Origin: a virus
Taxonomy: Duplodnaviria > Caudoviricetes
DNA: 64,000 nucleotides
Direction: 5' to 3' (one strand)
IMG/VR virus record: IMGVR_UViG_3300037755_000308
Location: 3,061-67,060 of that record
Below the pieces are notes generated by a model, which was not told where the DNA came from, made no database searches, and saw only the letters and a program-made list of their open reading frames with translations. This document shows positions 27,619 through 36,450 of the stretch, in pieces (position 1 is the first letter of the stretch; the number at the start of each line of letters is the position of its first letter). The translations under genes and the position numbers were made by a program.

Positions 27619-30165
27619 ATGCAAAAGACCGGCAAAGGTACCATAATCATTGGTGGAAACGGGGGCGCTGGCACACACGAAGATGCTGGCGATGGCAATG
27701 GCGCTGGTGGTAAGGTGATAAGCGCACCTACGCCAACCTATTACTGCCTGTCCGAGCTGCAGGAAATGATGGGTGTTCAGCAAGCATTCTTTCCTCTGTT
27801 CCAAGAGACCGTTACTGACGATGTTTGGCAACTCAAGTACAAACGTCGTAATGAATTATCAATAAGTGAGACTCTGTCACGAGTAGCTGGAGCATTCGAA
27901 GTCTCTAACGGCAAAGACTTCAGTGCTGCTCTATACTGCTTGATGGCAATGGGTGTCTTCTTTCCTGCAGGTCGTGTTATAGCCGGCGCTGGTATTGATG
28001 AGCATGACTCTACGCTTATGAACTGTTACGTCATGGGGACCCTACCAGATTCATTGGACGGCATTTTTGATTGCCTGCATGAGTCAGCTAAGACTCAGAA
28101 ATATGGTGGAGGTATTGGCGTAGACTTTACTCCTCTACGTCCAAAGGGGGCTGAAGTCTCCACTGCAGCATTCTTTGCTGGCGGCTCAGTTGCCTTCATG
28201 GGCTTATGGGATGCTATGGGGCATGCCTTGGAATGTGGTGGTAACCGTCGTGGTGGGAAGATGGCTACACTAGCAGACCATCATCCTGACATACTGGAGT
28301 TTATCGAAGCTAAGTCCAAACGTGGTATGCTTACTTCATTCAATGTGTCTGTATTAATCTCTGACAAGTTCATGCAGGCTGTTGAGAATGATGAACCGTG
28401 GAATCTGTATCACACGTCACCCAAGAAGGGTATGATACATCGTACGTTCCAAGACGCTACAGGCACTTGGCAGTGCATCTGGGATACCATTCCAGCTCGT
28501 GAGCTCTGGGACGCTATCATGAAGAACACCTACTTATATTCCGAGCCAGGTGTTATCTTCATCGATCGAGTGAATGAAATGAATCCGCTGAATTACGCGG
28601 AAGTAATCAGATGCACGAATCCCTGTGCTGAGCAGCCACTGCCATCGTATGGTGCCTGTGATCTCGGACAAATCAACTTGGCTCGTCTTGTAACAAATCC
28701 GTTTCTCAGCAATGCTGGACTGAATATGAGATTGCTGGAGTATGCTGTCAAGATGGGTGTCAGAACCCTGGATGCTGTTCTTGATATTACCAAATACCCT
28801 CTGCACCAACAATACAAAGAGGCAATGAATAAGCGTCGCATTGGTCTTGGTATTACAGGTCTAGCGGACATGTTGACTATGCTTGGACTTAGCTACGATA
28901 GTGAACAAGCGAGGTCAGTAGTTCATAATGTTATGAGTCACATTGAAATGTGGGCGTACAAAGCGTCTATTGAACTTGCACAAGAGCGTGGAGCGTTTCC
29001 ATTGTTTAGTGTAGCGCATCACTTGGAAACAAAGTTCTCCAAGACACTGACAAAAGATATGCGTGAGCAGATCAGAGAGCACGGTCTACGTAATTCGCAT
29101 ATGCTCTCTATTGCACCTACTGGTACCGTCTCTATCCTCTTTGGTGATGTAAGTGGTGGTTGTGAACCTCACTTCCTGCATAAGATGAAACGTAAGATCA
29201 AGGTTAAAGACGAGAACAATAACGACGTATTCAAGTCCTATAACTCCTATAGCTATGCTGTACGTATGTACGCTCATGTGTATGGTATTGACCCTGAAAA
29301 GGTTTACCAAGAGATTCATACAGGTGACGAATGGTGTACAGCTGACACTATATTGCCTGATGATCATATAGCGATGCAGAGTGTAATTCAGAAGTACATT
29401 GATGCATCAATCTCCAAGACAGTCAACTGTCCTGAAGACATCCCCTTTAATGGGTTCAAGAGTGTCTATATGCATGCATTCAAAACTGGATGTAAAGGTT
29501 GTGCTACTTATCGACCCAGTGACGTTCGCGACGAGATCCTCAGCGCTGTCAAAGAGCCAGCGGCTGAGACAGAGGGAGAAGCAGCAGAGGCAGCTCTAAC
29601 ACTTGACTTTGCAGATGTGGTTACAATACCAGAGGTGATAACGCTTACACCAGACTATAAGCGTGAGGGTATGCTTCATGGTGTAACACACAAGTTGCGC
29701 TGGCCTGGATTATCCTCACCTGTGTTCGTTACCATCAATCATCTATCAGATGGCAAACCAGTTGAAGTGTTCATCTCTTCTAAGAATGATCACTACAATG
29801 AGTGGGCTGTAGCTATGTCAGTCATGATCTCCAAGCTGTTACAGGCTGGCGTCTCAGCTAATGAAGTTGGAGATCAACTTGGAGAGATCACCTTAAGCCA
29901 TAATGGTGCTTTCATGGATGAGCGTCATTATGGTTCTATCATTGCTAAGATTGGTGAGCTCATAAAGAATCATAGTTCATACAGTACGCCACTATTCAAA
30001 GTGAAAGCTCTAGCAACTCCACTAAGAGTTGTTGCTGCTGCTGCTGGCAATATTGCTGGTCGCAACAGTGTTAGTAACACCTGCACGTTCTGTGGCTCTC
30101 GTAACACACAATATAAGGAGGGATGTTTAACATGCATTGACTGTCACCAAAGCAAATGTGATTAG
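27619..30165 (+). CDS. nrdJ: Class II (adenosylcobalamin-dependent) ribonucleotide reductase with a C-terminal TSCPD-like domain and zinc ribbon
   Basis: PAGR, NCYV, GGGIGVDF, TNPCAEQPL, CDLG, RRIGLG, SIAPTGT, ISKTVN and C-terminal CTFC..GCLTC.DC..SKC. No separate beta-subunit gene. Confidence 0.9.
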   Translation: MQKTGKGTIIIGGNGGAGTHEDAGDGNGAGGKVISAPTPTYYCLSELQEMMGVQQAFFPLFQETVTDDVWQLKYKRRNELSISETLSRVAGAFEVSNGKDFSAALYCLMAMGVFFPAGRVIAGAGIDEHDSTLMNCYVMGTLPDSLDGIFDCLHESAKTQKYGGGIGVDFTPLRPKGAEVSTAAFFAGGSVAFMGLWDAMGHALECGGNRRGGKMATLADHHPDILEFIEAKSKRGMLTSFNVSVLISDKFMQAVENDEPWNLYHTSPKKGMIHRTFQDATGTWQCIWDTIPARELWDAIMKNTYLYSEPGVIFIDRVNEMNPLNYAEVIRCTNPCAEQPLPSYGACDLGQINLARLVTNPFLSNAGLNMRLLEYAVKMGVRTLDAVLDITKYPLHQQYKEAMNKRRIGLGITGLADMLTMLGLSYDSEQARSVVHNVMSHIEMWAYKASIELAQERGAFPLFSVAHHLETKFSKTLTKDMREQIREHGLRNSHMLSIAPTGTVSILFGDVSGGCEPHFLHKMKRKIKVKDENNNDVFKSYNSYSYAVRMYAHVYGIDPEKVYQEIHTGDEWCTADTILPDDHIAMQSVIQKYIDASISKTVNCPEDIPFNGFKSVYMHAFKTGCKGCATYRPSDVRDEILSAVKEPAAETEGEAAEAALTLDFADVVTIPEVITLTPDYKREGMLHGVTHKLRWPGLSSPVFVTINHLSDGKPVEVFISSKNDHYNEWAVAMSVMISKLLQAGVSANEVGDQLGEITLSHNGAFMDERHYGSIIAKIGELIKNHSSYSTPLFKVKALATPLRVVAAAAGNIAGRNSVSNTCTFCGSRNTQYKEGCLTCIDCHQSKCD

Positions 30166-30230
30166 GTGACTTGGTGGCTAGTCGAAACACAAAGCACATG
30201 TAAACACATAATAGGACAGGATATCACTCA

Positions 30231-30875
30231 ATGACTGAGAAGACACAAGGTTCTAACGTTAGACAGATAGCAAAAGCTTCACCTCACAAACCTTCACAGG
30301 CCCAACTATCTATCCAGGATGAGGTGGAAAAACATCTTCCCAAGAATGTTACTGTTGTTGCTACAAAGGAAGAGGAACAACTCTGGGATCCAAAGGGTAG
30401 AATTGTAACTATATGCGCCAACGTAGCAAGTATGACTGGCGCAGTATGTGACTGGGACATTGCACTCACTCTAAGTGGAGCATATGTCTACACTCCATGT
30501 CATACACTTATCGAAGGGTACGGTGATACCGAGCTTGGGCTTGCCGACTTCGCTCAGAATATAAAGATCGGGCAAGCTGACTGTGTACTACTTATCACAA
30601 ATCGAATGGGGTCGATTGACGACTTTATGATCCCGTGGATTATGCACGCCTTTAACTCTGGTAAGGAAGTATACTCCAATACTAGTCTAGTGAGAGAGAA
30701 GGACGATTCTCTCACTAATGGGGAGGAAACAGTTGTTGCCATGATCCGGGTTAACGTGCTCGCGCTGTTACGGCCGCACTACCTATACCCACTATCTCGT
30801 GAACACTTCGAAAGCCATATCAGGCTGAAACAAATCGACGCGCTATCTGTCAACGATAGTAAGTTAATAGAATAG
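30231..30875 (+). CDS. Nucleoside 2-deoxyribosyltransferase-like (Rossmann-type) protein, probably degenerate
   Basis: IVTIC...LTLSG.YVYTP...KI..ADCVLLI....GKEVY pattern. The usual catalytic Glu (..EI.YA..) position reads PWIMHA. Confidence 0.45.
   Translation: MTEKTQGSNVRQIAKASPHKPSQAQLSIQDEVEKHLPKNVTVVATKEEEQLWDPKGRIVTICANVASMTGAVCDWDIALTLSGAYVYTPCHTLIEGYGDTELGLADFAQNIKIGQADCVLLITNRMGSIDDFMIPWIMHAFNSGKEVYSNTSLVREKDDSLTNGEETVVAMIRVNVLALLRPHYLYPLSREHFESHIRLKQIDALSVNDSKLIE
30718..30738 (-). repeat. Dispersed motif copy inside a CDS (ATGGGGAGGAAACAGTTGTTG)
   Basis: Core match to the other five copies. Confidence 0.75.
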
Positions 30876-31001
30876 CGTGCACAACTGACTGAAAATTTTG
30901 CGTCCCGCGATGCGGTAAATACAGTAATACAGTGGGCTGGAGTAACAAAAAGACCGGTAAGCTCATAGAGCGCCGGTCACCCCTCTCTTTGGAGATACCC
31001 G

Positions 31002-31496
31002 ATGTTCATAAATCAAGCTATGTTCTCAAATCAAGCTGCGATGACGTTTATCTTGTTTGTAGTAATATTCAGCCTGATTATTTGTGCATTGATGATCATG
31101 GGTAAGATCAGATTCAAAGTCGTTAGAGAGATCTTCTACGACAGTCATAATGACGACAGTGACGACGCTGCTGATTATAGTGAAACTAGTGTGGCTGGTG
31201 GAGCTGGCAGTGACAGTCTATTATGTATGCCGAGTAGTACTGCTGGAGGTGGTGGTTCAGTAGACCCATCTGTTGTAGTTATCACTCGCGTTCATGGTAT
31301 AACAATTCCAGAGCATATTACTTCTTATGCTATACTCAATGATGGTGTATGGGAGTATTACAGTCGAAGTCATGGTTTGTTCGTATATCTTGATACGATA
31401 GTTCAGCACGATGATGGTACCTTTTGGGTACTAGAGTTGAAGGAAGCTGTTGACGTTCCAGTCGCTACCCCAGGTGGGGGATCACAATCGCGCTGA
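31002..31496 (+). CDS. Hypothetical membrane-anchored protein
   Basis: N-terminal TM helix and an acidic/Gly linker. RBS GGAG. Confidence 0.55.
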   Translation: MFINQAMFSNQAAMTFILFVVIFSLIICALMIMGKIRFKVVREIFYDSHNDDSDDAADYSETSVAGGAGSDSLLCMPSSTAGGGGSVDPSVVVITRVHGITIPEHITSYAILNDGVWEYYSRSHGLFVYLDTIVQHDDGTFWVLELKEAVDVPVATPGGGSQSR

Positions 31497-31528
31497 GATC
31501 AGATCCGCCACAACTGTTTTTCCCCCAT
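31497..31528 (+). repeat. Dispersed motif copy (GATCAGATCCGCCACAACTGTTTTTCCCCCAT)
   Basis: Fills most of the intergenic gap; near-identical to the 13531 copy. Confidence 0.9.
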
Positions 31529-31540
31529 TAGAGAGAAGTT

Positions 31541-31924
31541 ATGCGCCCAGAGTCAGACACATTCACATCTGCAACTACATCCGCATCCGGATCCAAATTC
31601 AGCCCAACCAGGTATAACATAACTCCTGGTCGCTGGTATTATGCTAAAGACTTGCCAAATCCTTTAAAGCACAAGGATATGGAAGGAGTCAAGTTCGATC
31701 TCATTATTAAACGTTACGATGCGATAACTGATGCCTTTGAGTTCTATCGACTTACGGACGTTCCAATACGAGTTAATACACATACTAATGAGAAGCGAAT
31801 TGACTTAGAATATTGGACTTGGGGACATGACATCGATCACAAACGAAATCTGGTAGTTGCTTTTATGTATGCCGCTGACTGGAGGCAAACCTTCTACCGT
31901 GACACAACGGAGCTAGTACAGTGA
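31541..31924 (+). CDS. Hypothetical protein
   Basis: 127 aa ORF. Confidence 0.55.
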   Translation: MRPESDTFTSATTSASGSKFSPTRYNITPGRWYYAKDLPNPLKHKDMEGVKFDLIIKRYDAITDAFEFYRLTDVPIRVNTHTNEKRIDLEYWTWGHDIDHKRNLVVAFMYAADWRQTFYRDTTELVQ

Positions 31925-32487
31925 GGATAGGATTTACTGGAGCTGCATCAACAGGTAAAACAACTACGGCGAAAGACCTAGAAGCTTTAATACCCGAGAG
32001 GTATATGCCAAGTGTTGCACGTGGTGTCATGGAGAGTAGAGGGCTTAATGAAAAGACAGCTCTCGAGTTGACTCCACGAGAACGTCTTGAACTTCAAATT
32101 GCTATCTTCGAAGCTAAGGTTGATCAAGACCTTAATAACCCTGATGGTATTTTTGATCGGACCCTAATTGATCAGGTTGCATACCTATTGATCAAGTGTA
32201 ATGAATGTTTACCAGATCATGTATACACCAGATTGCGTTTGAGAGCCTTTGAGTCTCTCCGTCAATATGACGTAGTCTTTTACTTTCCAGTTTTATTTAA
32301 AATACCGTACGAGAGTGATGGCTTTCGTGCAGGTGGTGCAGGGTATCGTGATATGCAAGATATGATCATGAACGGTCTGCTTAACTTTTCAAGAGTGAAA
32401 TATCGACCTGTACCTTATGGCACTGTCCATGTGCGTGCAAGTCATATTCGCAAAGTAGTCGAAACGTTAAGATTGAAAGGGAGCTGA
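31921..32487 (+). CDS. Deoxynucleoside monophosphate kinase-like P-loop protein (AAA_28-like)
   Basis: MRIGFTGAASTGKTT, FDRTLID and YDVVFY. Adjacent to thyX. Confidence 0.75.
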   Translation: MRIGFTGAASTGKTTTAKDLEALIPERYMPSVARGVMESRGLNEKTALELTPRERLELQIAIFEAKVDQDLNNPDGIFDRTLIDQVAYLLIKCNECLPDHVYTRLRLRAFESLRQYDVVFYFPVLFKIPYESDGFRAGGAGYRDMQDMIMNGLLNFSRVKYRPVPYGTVHVRASHIRKVVETLRLKGS

Positions 32488-32493
32488 GATACT

Positions 32494-33501
32494 ATGACGA
32501 TCATTACTGCTCGGGTTATCAAAGACGCTGTCAATACTAACATGGATAGGTTGATTACACTTGAGTTGACCTATCCGAGGTTTATTCATGCTGAGCTTAT
32601 GACACACAGGGTATTCTCTCGGAACTCAGCTTCGTCGCGAGCTATACCAATTCACAGACAGTTGGACGCTATTAAAGGACATCCAGCCGAACCAGTTCAT
32701 TGGGGTGCTCATCAAAAAGGCATGCAGGCTGACCGAGAGCTTGAAGGTTGGAGACGTTTTGCTGCTCGTGCTGTCTGGCGTACACATCGGAGGTTTTCAT
32801 ACCACTGTGCCTATGCGCTATATAGATTTGGTGCACATAAACAGTTTGCCAATAGACTGACAGAACCTCACAGCCATATTAAGGTGCTTGTGACCTCAAC
32901 TAAATGGGCAAACTTCTTTGCTTTGCGTGCTCATTCAGCTGCTCAACCTGAATTCAGAGTACTTGCAGATGAGATTGCTATTGCCGTTGAGAGCAGCATG
33001 CCAGTACTACTCGAGAATGGTCAGTGGTATCTTCCATACATTACGGCATCTGATTACGAAGCTATTACAGGACACATCAGTGCTAATGGCATGGGTGGTT
33101 CTGGTGGTGGCAATGGTGGCACCACTGGTGGCACTTATGCACATATTGACCCAGTCAGACTTCACGAGCTTCGAGTACATGCTGCAATACGAGTGTCTGT
33201 AGCTCGGTGTGCACGTGTGTCGTTCACTACTGTTACAGACGACAGCGTCAAAAATGCACCTCCGTTCTATAATCTTGAACGTGATATGGATCTTGGTGAT
33301 CAGCTTATATCAGCAGACCCAATGCATGCCAGCCCACTAGAACATGTTGCTCAACCGGATCCTCAAGGCTTATACACGTCTCAGTGGGGAAACTTCCACG
33401 GCTGGATACAATATCGCAAGACGCGAAACAATGAAGCTAAGACTGACAGACGTTATAAGGGTAGCTACACACCTGCTAATAAGGGCAACGCACTACTTTA
33501 G
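32494..33501 (+). CDS. thyX: Flavin-dependent thymidylate synthase
   Basis: THRVFSRNSASSRA, HKQFANRL.EP, AQPE, SVARCARVS and HASPLEH. Confidence 0.92.
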   Translation: MTIITARVIKDAVNTNMDRLITLELTYPRFIHAELMTHRVFSRNSASSRAIPIHRQLDAIKGHPAEPVHWGAHQKGMQADRELEGWRRFAARAVWRTHRRFSYHCAYALYRFGAHKQFANRLTEPHSHIKVLVTSTKWANFFALRAHSAAQPEFRVLADEIAIAVESSMPVLLENGQWYLPYITASDYEAITGHISANGMGGSGGGNGGTTGGTYAHIDPVRLHELRVHAAIRVSVARCARVSFTTVTDDSVKNAPPFYNLERDMDLGDQLISADPMHASPLEHVAQPDPQGLYTSQWGNFHGWIQYRKTRNNEAKTDRRYKGSYTPANKGNALL

Positions 33502-33549
33502 CTGGTGTTATAACATAAGTCGTACCTAGTTCTGGACCACAAGTAAGTT

Positions 33550-33601
33550 GGGAGCCGGTTATCTTAGTCAAGGAGGCGTAAACCTATGATAACCGACTCC
33601 C
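33550..33601. terminator. Hairpin at the convergence of the two genome arms (likely bidirectional terminator)
   Basis: GGGAGCCGGTTATC ... GATAACCGACTCCC between thyX (+) and the spanins (-). Confidence 0.6.
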
Positions 33602-33629
33602 TCACCCGCTTAGCATCTAGCACCAGCTT

Positions 33630-33881
33630 CTAGCGCCCAGCAGGACTCGGGCTCCAACAACCTTGAATCTCACCATATTTATTATGGGCGGCGATCTGTA
33701 AGAACAGCTTGCGTGGTAACTTAGTGTCAGGAGCCATTATAATAGGTTCCCAACCGCTACAAACAAGTGGTTGAACAGCAAGACCAAAGCTACTCGCTGG
33801 TGTATTGCTGGCGCAGCCGCTCAAGCTCATCATCAGACATATTGCGAAGGTCTTGTTCAACCTGTTTTCTTGTAACTTCAT
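33630..33881 (-). CDS. Outer-membrane spanin (Rz1-like lipoprotein)
   Basis: Lipobox LSGC and two further Cys. Overlaps the i-spanin in another frame. Start moved to MKLQEN at 33881. Confidence 0.7.
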   Translation of the reverse strand: MKLQENRLNKTFAICLMMSLSGCASNTPASSFGLAVQPLVCSGWEPIIMAPDTKLPRKLFLQIAAHNKYGEIQGCWSPSPAGR

Positions 33882-34056
33882 TTTCGTAAGCCTTTTTATA
33901 AGTGCTTGCCTTAGCTTCTGCTTGTGCCTGATTGTATCCGGATCTCCTAAGTCCAAAGAAGGCACCAACTAAAGCTAACAAAGATACTAGAGCAGGGAGA
34001 ATAATACTACCCCCACCTGACAGGAAGCTAAGTAAGAAGGTGAAGATAGCTGTCAT
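33790..34056 (-). CDS. Inner-membrane spanin (Rz-like)
   Basis: N-terminal TM followed by a helical periplasmic domain; immediately follows the endolysin. Confidence 0.7.
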   Translation of the reverse strand: MTAIFTFLLSFLSGGGSIILPALVSLLALVGAFFGLRRSGYNQAQAEAKASTYKKAYENEVTRKQVEQDLRNMSDDELERLRQQYTSE

Positions 34057-35285
34057 TTCTTTGGCACCCCCTGCTCACGCTTACGGTCTTGCCACTTAGT
34101 CCAAATGACATACGCCCCGATAGCGATGACGATGAAGCCAAAGATTAGTAGCGCTCCACTAGCGCTGTCATTGACCTTCTGCACCTGTTCTGTTGCATCT
34201 CTTGCGGAGACAACCACTTCTCTAAGACCGCCAGACACACCCTGAAGGTCTTTGATTGAGTCGAGCACACTCTCAGCTTTGTCAATCTGTGCTGTAGTTC
34301 CATTGGTTGCATCCACCACACCTTTAGCAGCTGCTGCCACACCAGTTACTACTGCTGTAGCACCACCAATGTTGCGTTTGGACTCAAGCATTGAAGTTTC
34401 TGCAACTCGCTCAGCAGCTAGCCTCTCATAGGTTTGAGCACCAACGACTCCATCAACAACAATGCCCCACCTCTGCTGGAGTTTTCTGACAGCATCATCA
34501 GTTGCAGTACCAAAGATGCCATCTATAGTGACCGTCATGCCCTGCTTGTTAAGAAGCTTCTGCAAGGTTGTAACCTTTACACCCTGAGCACCTTTACGCA
34601 GAGTATGAGATATTAAGTCACGATAGTATCCAAGGAAACGGACGTCATATCCATGAGTACGAAATTGAGGTCCATTGTACTTGAAGAAAGCTGTATCCCA
34701 GTCCTTAGCGCGTAAGGCTGGAATAATACTACGCTTCGTTAAGAAACGCATAAAGCAGTCGAACTGATTTGCTTCAGACTCCAACATAAAGAGGATCATA
34801 TCCTCAACAGTGGAGAACCCAAGCATCTCATAGTTCTCGCCTAAGATCTGATACGCTCCCCAGGAGCATGCCATTAGAGCTGCTCGCTGATCGAGTATCA
34901 TAGCACGTTGTAGGCGATCGTACTGATGACCGCCTCCCGCACCATATAACGTACGGTCCCAACTGGATGAAGACAGAGTTGGATACTCTTCACTGAACCT
35001 GTTTTTCGGTTCAGTGTTTCTGGCAAATACATGAGCTTCGTATAAGATTGGCATTCTACCATCTGGCATGTACGCACCCTTAGGTGACTCTGTCAAAGCA
35101 AAAGCCTGCAGAGCCTCAGGCTCAATATTGTGCATACGAGCCGTCTCAATAAGGATCGCCGGATCCATACTTGGCATACCAGGATTGTAAAAATCCTCTA
35201 CTACAAGACCTTTAACACCTACATGTGCTTTTTCGGCAGGTGTTTGTTGGTCCCTAGTTTGTACTTCTTCAATTCTGCTCGCCAT
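34053..35285 (-). CDS. Endolysin: N-acetylmuramidase (DUF3380-like) + PG-binding domain + C-terminal membrane segment
   Basis: ES..G...ILYEAHVF, SWGAYQILGENY, YNGP, LRKGAQG..V..LQ.LL...DGIFG..T..AV..LQ...DGVVG, and a C-terminal hydrophobic helix. Confidence 0.88.
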   Translation of the reverse strand: MASRIEEVQTRDQQTPAEKAHVGVKGLVVEDFYNPGMPSMDPAILIETARMHNIEPEALQAFALTESPKGAYMPDGRMPILYEAHVFARNTEPKNRFSEEYPTLSSSSWDRTLYGAGGGHQYDRLQRAMILDQRAALMACSWGAYQILGENYEMLGFSTVEDMILFMLESEANQFDCFMRFLTKRSIIPALRAKDWDTAFFKYNGPQFRTHGYDVRFLGYYRDLISHTLRKGAQGVKVTTLQKLLNKQGMTVTIDGIFGTATDDAVRKLQQRWGIVVDGVVGAQTYERLAAERVAETSMLESKRNIGGATAVVTGVAAAAKGVVDATNGTTAQIDKAESVLDSIKDLQGVSGGLREVVVSARDATEQVQKVNDSASGALLIFGFIVIAIGAYVIWTKWQDRKREQGVPKK

Positions 35286-35338
35286 CTTACTTGCTCCCCT
35301 TCAATTAGTTGCTACACGATTGCTGGTTGGTTGCACGG

Positions 35339-36094
35339 TTACTTGATCATCTCAAGAACCCAAGCATACAAGCTACTGGGCGTCGTTTCTCTTACCTTAT
35401 CCTTCTTGTGACTCTTATGCTTTTTGTGCGAGATAGTGCTGGTTGCGACTTTTTGGGATTTTGGTTTAGATGCTGGAAGCTTCACACTTAATCGCTTTTC
35501 TGCAGCCTCAACTTTGGTTTTGATTGGAGCAGGTCTCAAATTAAGTTCAGTCTTACGTTTATTCTCTTCCAACTTGTCAACCTTCTGAGTTAAGCTAGTG
35601 ACCTTCATACTCAGTTGATGCACACGAGCCCAAAGTGTAGACACCAATCTGGATCTAGACTCAGTAGCTTCATCTTGGACTGTAAAAGTATAGCTACCCA
35701 TATCAATTATTATTGGTCCAAGAGTATTGATCCTGTTACACACAAATTCTGCATGCAAATACAGACGAGCTTTACCTGGTTTAGCATGCGAAGGTAGACC
35801 AATCTGAATGATTCTACCTACTTCTAAAGCACCCTCGGGCACTTCAAGTGAGCCCTCGAAGAATCGAACAGTCTCAATTCCGTCATGCACTTCACCTATT
35901 AGAGTGCCTCGACAGTTAGTCCGTGTTACTTTATAACGGTAGCTAACTTGCAGTTTCTCACCTTGGCTTACTACTTCGTTGCCAAGTCTAACTTCTACGA
36001 CCTCAATTGGGGGTGTGAAGGTTGAATGCCAAGCATATCCAACAAGTCCTAAGAAGACTAATGTTGAAGTTGCCGCTAGTACATGCCTGTTCAT
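35339..36094 (-). CDS. Membrane-anchored protein (TM + beta domain + coiled coil + Lys-rich tail)
   Basis: Start moved to MNRHVLAA. Located inside the lysis cassette. Confidence 0.6.
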   Translation of the reverse strand: MNRHVLAATSTLVFLGLVGYAWHSTFTPPIEVVEVRLGNEVVSQGEKLQVSYRYKVTRTNCRGTLIGEVHDGIETVRFFEGSLEVPEGALEVGRIIQIGLPSHAKPGKARLYLHAEFVCNRINTLGPIIIDMGSYTFTVQDEATESRSRLVSTLWARVHQLSMKVTSLTQKVDKLEENKRKTELNLRPAPIKTKVEAAEKRLSVKLPASKPKSQKVATSTISHKKHKSHKKDKVRETTPSSLYAWVLEMIK

Positions 36095-36135
36095 TGAGTG
36101 CGCTCCTGACACCACTATATTGCTGCTGCTGTACA

Positions 36136-36315
36136 TTAAGAGAGTAGTTTTTGTATCAACTTCTCCACATAGTCCCATATAATGTACAATGATACTAGAC
36201 CACCAGATACGTAGCCAACCCAAAGTCTAACCGTGCTATGTAGCCAGCGAATTCTTTCTCTCGCTACTAGTATAGCACGTAGCTCTGCAACCTCATGTGG
36301 TGTAAGCGTAGTCAT
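36136..36315 (-). CDS. Small membrane protein, holin candidate
   Basis: MTTLTPHEVAELRAIL..RERIRWL...WVGYVSGGLVSLYIIW (59 aa, one TM) at the head of the lysis cassette. Confidence 0.5.
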   Translation of the reverse strand: MTTLTPHEVAELRAILVARERIRWLHSTVRLWVGYVSGGLVSLYIIWDYVEKLIQKLLS

Positions 36316-36450
36316 GTACTCTTCACGATCTTGCAAATGCGATGTAGGCTGTGGCTGTGGCTGTGGCACCTGATGTTTACTAACTGGTTTGATATTGTGT
36401 TCCCCATTCATTCAGGCCTCGAATTCTTGGTCTTATTGGACAGATATTAT

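Noticed and set aside
24689-30165. Inteins or group I introns in the polymerase, RNR, helicase or terminase
   Set aside because: The catalytic motifs are contiguous and the lengths are ordinary. No splice-junction (C...HN/C,S,T) or LAGLIDADG blocks were seen.
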